The notes: generated by a model from the sequence alone, not told the origin. A stretch of 32,000 bases of DNA from an uncultured Chloroflexia bacterium (GCA_963704755.1 OY969938.1:3330001-3362000); one strand, 5' to 3'; positions 17,654 through 26,147 are shown, counted from the first letter of the stretch. Translations and numbers: made by a program.

Positions 17654-18052
17654 TTATCTCAAAATTGGTCGGAACTTATACCCGTACACGATAATCCCGC
17701 TGGCGTCGCCGTCATTGCGGATTTTCCTGGTGACCATCTCCACCGGCATGCCGATTTGCACTTCCTGACCGTCCAGGTCGGTGAGTTGGGCGGTGACGAC
17801 CGGGCCTTCCTCTAACTTGACCAGCGCCACGGTGTATGGAGCACTCTGCTCAAAGCCGGCCGGGGCTTCGGTGACGTTGGTGAACGAATAGACTTCTCCC
17901 TTGCCGCTAAAGGTAAAGGTGGTTCGGGCGTCGTTACCGCAGTGGGGGCATACGTCGCGCGGCGGGAATATTTTGCCTTCGCAGTGCGGGCAAATCTCTC
18001 CAACCAGGGCATATCGTTGTTGTCGCAGACGCCAGTGGCGTGGAATTTCCAT
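17654..18052 (-). CDS. DUF35 Zn-ribbon/OB-fold protein (thiolase/HMG-CoA synthase partner)
   Basis: Zn ribbon CPHCEGK..CPHCG followed by an OB-fold region. AAGGAG lies 7 nt upstream. It sits in the same operon direction as the thiolase and HMGCS genes. Confidence 0.85.
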   Translation of the reverse strand: MEIPRHWRLRQQRYALVGEICPHCEGKIFPPRDVCPHCGNDARTTFTFSGKGEVYSFTNVTEAPAGFEQSAPYTVALVKLEEGPVVTAQLTDLDGQEVQIGMPVEMVTRKIRNDGDASGIIVYGYKFRPILR

Positions 18053-18162
18053 GTTTTTCTCCTTGTTTCCGCTAATGCAAGGGTAAGTCTAAGGGAGACA
18101 GGCTATCAAATCCTATCAAACCGGCCAAAACCTGCTTTCAAAAGCTATCAGGGGGGGAAGCA

Positions 18163-18508
18163 GTGTCTCGGTTTTTCAGTGATTCAGTGGTTCGGTGTCA
18201 AAATGTCAGGGGGCAAGTGTCAGGTGTTGGAGTGTCACGGTGTCTCTGTGTCTCAGTTTTTCGGTGTCAAAGTAGCAAGTGTCAAAGTGTCAAGGTGTAA
18301 CAGTGTCGTGGTTTTTCGGTGTTGTGGTGCGTTGCGACTTCAATATTTCAACACATGTATGTGGTAATGAAAACTGTGACACTTAAAAACTTAGACACTG
18401 CCACACCTCAAAACCGAGACACGGAAACACTGAAAAACTGAGACACCGCGCCCCCCCGACACTTGACACTTTTTCACCGAATCACTGAACCACTGAAAAA
18501 CTGAATCA
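18163..18508. repeat. ~345-nt imperfect foldback built from GTGTC-rich words
   Basis: The left arm (18163-~18335, GT-rich) aligns with the reverse complement of the right arm (~18365-18508, AC-rich). Example: GTGTCTCGGTTTTTCAGTGATTCAGTGGTTCGGTG vs GTGATTCAGTTTTTCAGTGGTTCAGTGATTCGGTG. Confidence 0.7.
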
Positions 18509-19660
18509 CATTCTTTCAAGTACTTGCGCAAAGGCCGAGGAGGCCGGGCCGCCCAGGTTGAGCGTCAGGGCCAGGCGAGCATCCGGGACCTGGTTGGCGC
18601 CGGCCTGGCCGCGCAACTGTTGGGCGGCTTCCACAATTTGATAGACGCCGGCCGCGCCCAGCGGGTTGCCGCGCGCTTTGGACCCGCCCATGGTCAGGAT
18701 GGGCAAACGGGTATTGGGGCCGATCTCGCCATTTTGCGCCATGCGCCAGGCCTGCCCGCGTTTGGCAAAGCCGGCCGCTTCCAGGCACATCATGGCGTAA
18801 ATGGAAAAGGAGTTGTCCAACTCGAACAAATTGACTTCGCCGGGCAGAATGCCACCCATCTCGCAGGCGCGTTCGACGGCAAACCGGGCGGCATCGAAGC
18901 CGAGCGGGTCCGGGCGATCATGCAGCGCCAGGGTATCGATCACCCCGGCTGTGCCGCGCACCTTCACCAGCGGGTGCGCCACGGCCGCGGCCAGCTCGGG
19001 CGTGGTCAGCAGCACGGCGGCGGCGCCATCGGCGTAGGGGGCTTGATCGAACATGTTGAGCGGGTCGGCGATCAACCCTGCCGTAAGGTAAGACTCGGGG
19101 CGGATGGCTTTGCGAAACATGGCATTCGGGTTGTGCACCGCGTTGGCGTGGGCGATGACCGGAAAAGCGCCAAAAGTGCTGCGCGGCACACCGTTTTCGT
19201 GCATGTAGCGCTGCATCAGCAGCCCGGCCTGGCCGGCCAGGGTCAGCCCCACCATGGCCTCGTAATCGGCGTCCATCGAAAGGGCAATGGCGGCTTCCTG
19301 CTCGCTGCCAACTGCGTCGGTAAACTTTTCTACGCCCAGCACCATGGCCACATCCACCATCCCGGAAGCGACGGCCATGTAGCCGACCTGAAAGGCAGCC
19401 CCGCCGGAGGCGCCGGCCGCTTCGACCGTGGAGGCCTCGATGCCGTCGAGGCCGGCATTATCGGTCAGCAAAGCGCCCAGGTTGGCCTGGTGCGAGGTGA
19501 CGGAGGCCAGAAAATTGCCAATATACAGCGCTTGCGGGGCCAGGCCGCCGGCGTCGATGCGGGCGGACTTGATGGCCTGGTAGGCCAGGCTGCGCAGCGA
19601 AATATCCCAGTGCTCGCCGACCGGCGTCTGGCCGATACCGGCGATGACGACTTCACGCAT
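18506..19660 (-). CDS. Thiolase (archaeal-type acetoacetyl-CoA thiolase)
   Basis: 384-aa thiolase-fold ORF. GGAGGGG lies directly upstream of the ATG, 8 nt after the HMGCS stop. Confidence 0.9.
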   Translation of the reverse strand: MREVVIAGIGQTPVGEHWDISLRSLAYQAIKSARIDAGGLAPQALYIGNFLASVTSHQANLGALLTDNAGLDGIEASTVEAAGASGGAAFQVGYMAVASGMVDVAMVLGVEKFTDAVGSEQEAAIALSMDADYEAMVGLTLAGQAGLLMQRYMHENGVPRSTFGAFPVIAHANAVHNPNAMFRKAIRPESYLTAGLIADPLNMFDQAPYADGAAAVLLTTPELAAAVAHPLVKVRGTAGVIDTLALHDRPDPLGFDAARFAVERACEMGGILPGEVNLFELDNSFSIYAMMCLEAAGFAKRGQAWRMAQNGEIGPNTRLPILTMGGSKARGNPLGAAGVYQIVEAAQQLRGQAGANQVPDARLALTLNLGGPASSAFAQVLERM

Positions 19661-19668
19661 GGCCCCTC

Positions 19669-20742
19669 CTACTCCGCCAGCTTGCCGCGCTGGCGCACGT
19701 ACATGCCGTAGTCGATCTCGGTGCGGCGGGCGATGTAATCCTGGGTGCGCATAGCCCGCCCCTGGCGCGCGCTGATCGCATCGGTCACCCGGATGGAGAA
19801 AGCATCCGAACCAGCGCCGGAGCCATAAGAGACCACCAGGATTCGGTCACCCGGTTTGGCGATATCCAGCGCAGCCGAGAGGCCGATCATGGCCGCGCCG
19901 GCGTAGGTGTTGCCGATGACCGGCGCCAGCAGCCCGGCTTTGATCTGCTCGGGAGTGAAGCCCAACTGGGCGGCGGCGCGCTGGGGGAATTTGCTGTTGG
20001 GCTGGTGAAAGACGGCGTACTGGAAGTCACCGGCTTTCAGGCCGGTCTCGTCCATCAACTTTGTGCCGGCGCCGAGGACGTGCTTGAAATAGGCCGGATC
20101 GCCGGTAAAGCGCTGGCCATGCTGAGGATAGCGTTCGTTGGCTCGCCGCCAGAAATCCGGGGTATCCGAAACGAAAGAATAGCTGGCCTCGATTTCCGCC
20201 AGGGACTCTTCTGCCGGGCCGAGGATATAAGCCGCACCGCCGGCGGCCGCGGTGTACTCGAGCGCGTCGCCCGGGCGGCCCTGGGCCGTGTCCATACCGA
20301 TGGCCAGGGCGTAGCGGCCCATACCGGCGCCGACCATGGCCATGGCGGCGACCAGAGCTTCGGTGCCGGCTTTGCAGGCGAATTCCCAATCGCCGGCCTG
20401 GATATTATTGGAAGCGCCGATGGCCTCGGCGACGATCGTGGAACTGGGCTTGACCGCATAGGGGTGCGATTCCGAGCCGACCCATACGGCCCGCAGCGCT
20501 TGCGGATCGATTTGCGCGCGCAGCAGGGCGTTGCGGGCGGCCTCGATCGACATGGTGACCACGTCCTCGTCCGAGCCGGGCACCGATTTTTCCTTGACCG
20601 GCCCGCCCTCTTTGCCGCCTTTCCAGATGCGCGAAATCTCGCTGGCAGGCAGGCGGTAGCGCGGCACATAAGCCCCGTAGCCGATGATGCCGACCGGGCG
20701 GTTGGGTTTGAGTAAAAGTGATTCGCGTTCAGGTTGTTCCAT
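19669..20742 (-). CDS. Hydroxymethylglutaryl-CoA synthase (archaeal-type)
   Basis: N-terminus [15 protein letters not shown]. and a length of 357 aa are typical of the archaeal/DUF35-associated HMGCS clade. Start trimmed to MEQPE (20742), which has GAGG upstream. The track ORF 5' extension runs into the palindrome. Confidence 0.9.
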   Translation of the reverse strand: MEQPERESLLLKPNRPVGIIGYGAYVPRYRLPASEISRIWKGGKEGGPVKEKSVPGSDEDVVTMSIEAARNALLRAQIDPQALRAVWVGSESHPYAVKPSSTIVAEAIGASNNIQAGDWEFACKAGTEALVAAMAMVGAGMGRYALAIGMDTAQGRPGDALEYTAAAGGAAYILGPAEESLAEIEASYSFVSDTPDFWRRANERYPQHGQRFTGDPAYFKHVLGAGTKLMDETGLKAGDFQYAVFHQPNSKFPQRAAAQLGFTPEQIKAGLLAPVIGNTYAGAAMIGLSAALDIAKPGDRILVVSYGSGAGSDAFSIRVTDAISARQGRAMRTQDYIARRTEIDYGMYVRQRGKLAE

Positions 20743-20764
20743 AGATAGCCTCATAAAATTAACC

Positions 20765-20839
20765 ATGAAGGGATAGAGAGGATCGATGATATTTGCGGGC
20801 GAAGCCCGCAAATATCATCGATCCTCTCTATCCCTTCAT
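20765..20839. repeat. Perfect 36-bp/36-bp palindrome with a 3-nt loop
   Basis: ATGAAGGGATAGAGAGGATCGATGATATTTGCGGGC gaa GCCCGCAAATATCATCGATCCTCTCTATCCCTTCAT. The right arm contains the last three codons and the stop of the HMGR gene. Confidence 0.95.
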
Positions 20840-22108
20840 TTCCTTTAATAGTTCCTCGGCCCGGTCGATGCGCACCAACTTTTCGGCCACCAGGCGATCG
20901 GCCAGGCGGTCGACCAGGTCGCCGGTAGCGCCGGCAGCGATGGCTACCTGGCGGGCGTGCAGGGCCATGTGTCCGCGCTGGATGCCCTCGGTGGCCAGCG
21001 CACGCAGGGCGGCCAGGTTCTGGGCCAGCCCGACCGACACGATGATCTCGGCCAGTTGGCCGGATGTTTCGACGCCCATCAATTTAATCGCAGCCTGGGC
21101 GGCCGGGTGTACGCGGGTGGCGCCGCCAAAGGTACCGGCAGCCAGGGGCATTTCCAGCGAGCCGACCAGGTTGCCGGCTTCGTCCTTGCCCCAGGTGCTC
21201 AGGCTGGTGTAGCGCCCGTTCCGGGCCGCATAAGCGTGGGCCCCGGCCTCGATGGCGCGCCAGTCGTTGGCGGTGGCAATCACCACCGCGTCCACACCGT
21301 TCATAATGCCCTTGTTATGGGTGGCCGCCCGGTAGGGGTCCACGGCGGCGAAAGCCCAGGCGGCAATGATCCCATCGCGGACGTCCTCGGGCGTGTAATC
21401 ACCGAAGCCCAATTCGTCCAGGCGGATGGTCACCCGGGCGCGGGCCAGACGCCGGTCGGCCAGATTGGAGAGAATGCGCAGGTGGACTTTGCCGCCGGTG
21501 ATCTCGGCCACGTGTGGGGCCAGCCGCTCGAGCGCGGTGTTGATCGCATTGGCGCCCATCGCATCGCGCACATCGTAGATCAGGTGTACCACCAGGAAGG
21601 GCCCGATGGGCGAATCCTCGAACAGGCGCACTTCCAGGTCGCGCGGACCGCCGCCGAGCCTGTTGAGGAGCGGATCGATGCGGGCGGCCTCGTCCAGCAG
21701 GGATTGTTTGCGCTCCAGCAAACGTAAGCGGGCGCTGGCCAGGTCGGCCAACTCGAGCACCTGGATCTGTCCGATCATTTCCGGGGCGGTGGTACTGGCA
21801 AAAAAACCGCCGCTCGAACGGGCCAGGCGGGCCATAAAGGACGCCCCGGCCACAACCGAGGGCTCTTCGATGGCCATGGGCACCAGCACCTCGCGCCCGT
21901 TGACGATGAAGTTTTGGGCCACGCCTAAAGGCAGGCCGAATACACCTACCGCGTCTTCCACCATATGGTCGGCCTGGTCGATGCCCAACCCCTTGGCTCC
22001 GCTCAAAGCATCCAGCGCGGCCGGGTCCAGGTTGGCCTGCTCGCCCAGCCACTTCAGGCGCTCTTCGATCGACAAATTGTAGAATTTGATCTTTTTTTCT
22101 TCGGTCAT
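20828..22108 (-). CDS. mvaA: Class II HMG-CoA reductase
   Basis: 426 aa, collinear with the Pseudomonas mevalonii-type enzyme as I recall it (..VLVPMAIEEPSVVAGASFMARLAR.., DAMGAN, GTFGG). Confidence 0.9.
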   Translation of the reverse strand: MTEEKKIKFYNLSIEERLKWLGEQANLDPAALDALSGAKGLGIDQADHMVEDAVGVFGLPLGVAQNFIVNGREVLVPMAIEEPSVVAGASFMARLARSSGGFFASTTAPEMIGQIQVLELADLASARLRLLERKQSLLDEAARIDPLLNRLGGGPRDLEVRLFEDSPIGPFLVVHLIYDVRDAMGANAINTALERLAPHVAEITGGKVHLRILSNLADRRLARARVTIRLDELGFGDYTPEDVRDGIIAAWAFAAVDPYRAATHNKGIMNGVDAVVIATANDWRAIEAGAHAYAARNGRYTSLSTWGKDEAGNLVGSLEMPLAAGTFGGATRVHPAAQAAIKLMGVETSGQLAEIIVSVGLAQNLAALRALATEGIQRGHMALHARQVAIAAGATGDLVDRLADRLVAEKLVRIDRAEELLKEMKG

Positions 22109-22225
22109 GCTGTCTCAAACCTTTGCAGGCGCGGCTTCAGAGTTTGCAGCCCCCGCAGCCAGTGTAGTTTAGCGGTAAACAGCCCTCAAAAGCTATCAAT
22201 TCCCCCTTTAAACCGGGTAGAAGCG

Positions 22226-22280
22226 CCCATAGATAAAGAGATTGCGGTGGCAAAGCTGCCGCAATCTCTTTATCTATGGG
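22226..22280. terminator. Perfect 22-bp hairpin between the protease and HMGR genes
   Basis: CCCATAGATAAAGAGATTGCGG-N11-CCGCAATCTCTTTATCTATGGG, 79 nt downstream of the protease stop. There is no U tract. Confidence 0.55.
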
Positions 22281-22358
22281 ACATAAACCGAATTTGTGGA
22301 AGTGAGGCTGTCCCAAAATTATCTTGGGACAGCCTGGAGATGAACTAATGAGTCGGAA

Positions 22359-25300
22359 TTACGGGGTTGGAGTCACAGGCGCGGCTTCGGCGCTGGCCGT
22401 GCCGGTAGCCATGACCGAGCTAACCACCCAGTTATCCTGGGTGTCGAAGTCGGAGGCGGCTGCACCGGCTACCCAGGCCGACATATTGACGTCGCCGCTC
22501 GACAGGTCCACCGTGGGGTTGAACCGGACGCGCAACTGCATGGACTGGTTGCTCAGCTTGTTAATGGGCTGGCGGAAAACGGTCGAACTGAAGTCCGAGC
22601 CCCAAACCAGGTACGGTCCGCTGCTGCCCTGTAAGGTGAAAGTCCCGATGGGCTGCTCATCGTTATGGGCACCCACGTTGTACAGGTCTAGTTCCACACC
22701 GTCCAGGCTGAGGCCGCTGGGAACGTCCAGTTGCAGCATAAAGTCGGCCAAAACATCGTCGCTCAGGTCGGAGTAGTCGCCAAATGCGACGCTCAGGTCG
22801 AACGAGTCCAGAGACACACTGGTGATATCGTAGTATTCGCGGACAAAACGCAGGTCCGGAATGTGCGACACGACCGGGATGGCATCGGCGGTATTTTGGG
22901 TGGTCCAGGCTGTGGAGGATGCGGTCCAGGCATGGTTGCGGCTCAAGGCGCTGTTCTGGTGATGGAGCAGCAGTACGCCGGCGGGCAGGTTATCCAGGTC
23001 GGTCACGTTGAACTGGGCGGCAATGGTGCTGGTTGGGTTATCCTGCCAGATGGGCAGACCGGGGGCGCCTGCCGAGGTGTCCACCGCCAGGTTGGCGGCA
23101 TCGAACGTGTACATGTCGCTGACATCGGTGGGCGGGTAGAAGCCCAGTGCGTTGCTCATCGAATCGATGTGGTAACTGGTCACATAATAATCGAAGGATG
23201 CGTTCGTGTCGCTCAGACCCAGGTCGGCCGCAAACACCGGCAGGACGATGACGTTGTTGTTGTAAGGCTCCATGTTCAGCAGTTCGGGCGGATACGAATC
23301 GACGTAATCCTCCGCAAATGCTTCGCCGGTACCTACATTGACCAGGACCGTAATCATCGCGTCGGTCGGGCTCCCGCCGGTGGCGGTGCCGAAGTCGCTG
23401 TTGTACAGGATGTAGTCGGTCACCCCATCGTGGTTCACATCGATATTGACATCGAATTCAGCTTCATTGGGGGTGTTCCAGGGGAAATAGCTGGACAGGG
23501 CGAAGAAAACTTCGCTGTCCTGCATCGTGGCCTGGGCCGGCCGGTCAGTGCTGGCTCCCAGGTACTGAATATCGGCTGCATGAGTGGAAAACGGCTGGCC
23601 TGAATCGCGGATCTTGGGGCTCTTTCCCTCCAATTGGAAAGCCGAGACTGCCGAAACCTCGTCCGCCGATTGAACCGGCGTGCCATCCAGGGTGATATCG
23701 ACCAGTTGGTCGGGTTTATACAGGTCGATACTGCTCACGGTGGTATGCATATTACCGGTGGGTCGCAGGTCGGCATATATACTCAGGCGTAAGGTGGGGC
23801 TGTCGGCCTCGCTGAGGACCAGATAACCGGCGGCCTCGCTGACCCATTGGCGGGAGAGAACGCCGTCCTGGCTATCGGCCACAGTGGCATCTCGGGTGTG
23901 AGCCATCTGGCTGGCATCGGCTGTGAGCTGCACCCACAGCCTGGCCGAAGAGTGGGCCGCGACGCTCACCTCGCTGACCGGGTTGCCCGACTTATCCGTT
24001 ATGGCATATTCCACACCGGGTATTTCGACGCGCGAGTCGAAACTGACCGAGTAGGTATGGTCGGTATCGGACTTGTTTTCCACCCGCACGACCTTGGTGT
24101 CGCTGTAGGTGCCGTTCACGTCAATGGCGCCGAAGGAGACGCTGACCGCGCCCCGGTCCGCCTCGCCAAACATGACGACATCCGAAGTGCTGGCCAGTTG
24201 GGCATCGATCCGGCCCGATCCGACCCGTCCGGGGCCATACATATCGCCGGTCTGGCCTGGTTCGGAGAACAGGTCGTGGTTGGCCGTGTTCATCAACAGC
24301 GCTTTGAGCTCCTCGACCGACCAGTCCGGGTGGATCTGTTTGAGCAGAGCCATGGTGCCGGCCGTGTGCGGGGTGGCCATGGACGTGCCCGAGAAGCTGA
24401 CCGCGCCGGTGCCGGTACCTGAAGCAGCCGACAAGATCGTATCGCCAGGAGCGGTGATATCCGGCTTAAGGATATTGGACACGCGAGCCGGGCCGCGCGA
24501 GGAAAAAGTAGAGAGGGTATCGACGATACTGTCGTCGTTGAATACCAAAGCACCCTGGTACGATCCGGAAAGGGTCACCTGGACCGGATCGGTCGCCAGG
24601 GTGGTCTTGATCAGCGTACCGGTGTCCTGGTCGGTCATGATGGAGGGGATGGTGATCGTGTCGGAGGTGCCGCCCATCGCAACCGGGTCACCCGGCGCGT
24701 TGTTGGCCACCAATACGGCGATTGCGCCGGCGTCCTGGGCATTCTGGACCTTATCGACGAAGGCGCACGTGCCGCGGTCGATCAGGGCGATATTGCCGGC
24801 GATCAGGTCCTGGTTTTGCAGGGGGCCGCAACCGTCGGCCGGGTCGGCCAGGATGACCGAACCGCTCACGTCGCTAATTTTGGTCAGGTTTGGCCCGAAT
24901 TGAGTGTCGATGGTGGCCGGGTAAATTCCGGCGATCGTGTCGGGCGCATCGATCGAGAATGCATCCAGGTAGGAGCGCATGTCCACCGAGCTGGCGGCCG
25001 AAATGGCGCGCGAGGCAGTGGCCGGCGAACCGGCGACGTAGTAGGTATCCCCTTCGTTCCCTGCGGCGGCTACCACGATCATGCCGGCACGGGCAGCGTT
25101 ATTAGAGGCGATGGACGCGGGGTCATCCAAAGACCCGTAAGGGGACCCCAGGGACATGTTGATCACGTCCAGGTGGTCACTGAAATCGCCATTATTGTCG
25201 GGGTCCATGGCCCAATCGATCGCTTCGGTGACCAGTGAGGTACTTCCGTTACAGCCAAAGACTTTTAAGGAATACAGGCTGGCCTCGGGCGCTACTCCCG

Positions 25301-26147
25301 GGCCGATTTTCAACGTGCTGTAATCGACCGAGTCGTAACCGCCGGTATAGGTCTGGCCGTCCGTAGTGACGCCGTAACCGGCCAGTGTCCCGGCCACGTG
25401 AGTCCCATGCCCGTAGCAATCGGTCGGGTCGGGGTCTGGCGTGGGCACCACCGAGCCGTTGACGCCATCTCCGTCGTAATTATCGCCGGCAAAGTCATAA
25501 CCGCCGACGACTTTAACCCCCGGGAACTGACCCTGGGGCAGGTCATCGATTACGGTCGGGTCATTGGCGCTGTAATACTGCGGGTCGCCGCCAAAATCAA
25601 CGTGCAGGTAATCGATGCCGGTGTCGATCACGCCCACCCGGATACCCTGGCCGGTCGCACCGCTGCCGGTGGCCGAGTTCCAAACCTCCGGGGCGCCGAT
25701 CAGCGGCACACTGCTGCTGTTATCCAGTTGATAAGTGGGCAGCAGGGACACCGACTTGACGCCAGGCAGACTCTGTATCTTATCGACGTCTCTGGCACTG
25801 CCAAGCTGCAAGGCAATACCGTTGTAGGTGTTCTTGGTCTGGTAAAGGACTTGAATGTTGCTGCCCAGGCTGGTGATGCTGGAGAGAACCTGCTGCTGGG
25901 CTGTTTCGATCTTGTCCAGTTGGGTGCGGGTGGCGTCGACGGCTGCCTCCACGCTGTTGCCTTCGAGCGCCTGGGCGTATGCCATCACAGCCGGGTCATC
26001 TTGCAACTCGATCATCACCGAAACCGGCTGGTCGCTCTTTTGGATATGTTGGAGGATGCTGTCGGTCGCAAGCGATGAGCTATCGATGGACAGCCGTCCC
26101 TGGTTGATCGCGATCCGGCCCGAGGTAGGGCCTGAAATCTTGTGCGG
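22359..26147 (-). CDS. S8 family subtilisin-like serine protease with PA domain insert and long C-terminal region
   Basis: Catalytic triad contexts VGVIDTGID, GHGTHVAGT and SGTSMATPH, with a PA-like insert (IALIDRGTCAFVDKVQNAQDAGAIAVLVANN). The frame is open from 26147. The track starts at GTG 26018 and no in-frame signal peptide is present. Confidence 0.9.
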   Translation of the reverse strand, partial: PHKISGPTSGRIAINQGRLSIDSSSLATDSILQHIQKSDQPVSVMIELQDDPAVMAYAQALEGNSVEAAVDATRTQLDKIETAQQQVLSSITSLGSNIQVLYQTKNTYNGIALQLGSARDVDKIQSLPGVKSVSLLPTYQLDNSSSVPLIGAPEVWNSATGSGATGQGIRVGVIDTGIDYLHVDFGGDPQYYSANDPTVIDDLPQGQFPGVKVVGGYDFAGDNYDGDGVNGSVVPTPDPDPTDCYGHGTHVAGTLAGYGVTTDGQTYTGGYDSVDYSTLKIGPGVAPEASLYSLKVFGCNGSTSLVTEAIDWAMDPDNNGDFSDHLDVINMSLGSPYGSLDDPASIASNNAARAGMIVVAAAGNEGDTYYVAGSPATASRAISAASSVDMRSYLDAFSIDAPDTIAGIYPATIDTQFGPNLTKISDVSGSVILADPADGCGPLQNQDLIAGNIALIDRGTCAFVDKVQNAQDAGAIAVLVANNAPGDPVAMGGTSDTITIPSIMTDQDTGTLIKTTLATDPVQVTLSGSYQGALVFNDDSIVDTLSTFSSRGPARVSNILKPDITAPGDTILSAASGTGTGAVSFSGTSMATPHTAGTMALLKQIHPDWSVEELKALLMNTANHDLFSEPGQTGDMYGPGRVGSGRIDAQLASTSDVVMFGEADRGAVSVSFGAIDVNGTYSDTKVVRVENKSDTDHTYSVSFDSRVEIPGVEYAITDKSGNPVSEVSVAAHSSARLWVQLTADASQMAHTRDATVADSQDGVLSRQWVSEAAGYLVLSEADSPTLRLSIYADLRPTGNMHTTVSSIDLYKPDQLVDITLDGTPVQSADEVSAVSAFQLEGKSPKIRDSGQPFSTHAADIQYLGASTDRPAQATMQDSEVFFALSSYFPWNTPNEAEFDVNIDVNHDGVTDYILYNSDFGTATGGSPTDAMITVLVNVGTGEAFAEDYVDSYPPELLNMEPYNNNVIVLPVFAADLGLSDTNASFDYYVTSYHIDSMSNALGFYPPTDVSDMYTFDAANLAVDTSAGAPGLPIWQDNPTSTIAAQFNVTDLDNLPAGVLLLHHQNSALSRNHAWTASSTAWTTQNTADAIPVVSHIPDLRFVREYYDITSVSLDSFDLSVAFGDYSDLSDDVLADFMLQLDVPSGLSLDGVELDLYNVGAHNDEQPIGTFTLQGSSGPYLVWGSDFSSTVFRQPINKLSNQSMQLRVRFNPTVDLSSGDVNMSAWVAGAAASDFDTQDNWVVSSVMATGTASAEAAPVTPTP

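Noticed and set aside
3214-17700. Classical integron cassette array (CALIN) with attC sites.
   Set aside because: There is no intI gene. The units lack the R''/L''..L'/R' (GTTRRRY) attC architecture. The modules include multi-gene operons with their own promoters on both strands. I kept the observation as a different kind of site-specific stacking.
18524-19711. 395-aa plus-strand ORF. Similar long antisense ORFs are at 20005-20715, 20957-21727, 4413-5336, 11317-12180, 26717-27613 and several inside 22359-26018.
   Set aside because: They are shadow ORFs opposite well-supported GC-rich genes. They have Arg/Gly/Ala/Pro-biased low-complexity translations and no recognisable domains.
20743-21212. 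N-terminal extension of the HMGCS track ORF ([15 protein letters not shown]..) and the plus-strand ORF 20793-21212 ([15 protein letters not shown]..).
   Set aside because: The mirrored peptides are simply both strands of the perfect palindrome being translated. The real HMGCS start is ATG 20742, which has its own SD.
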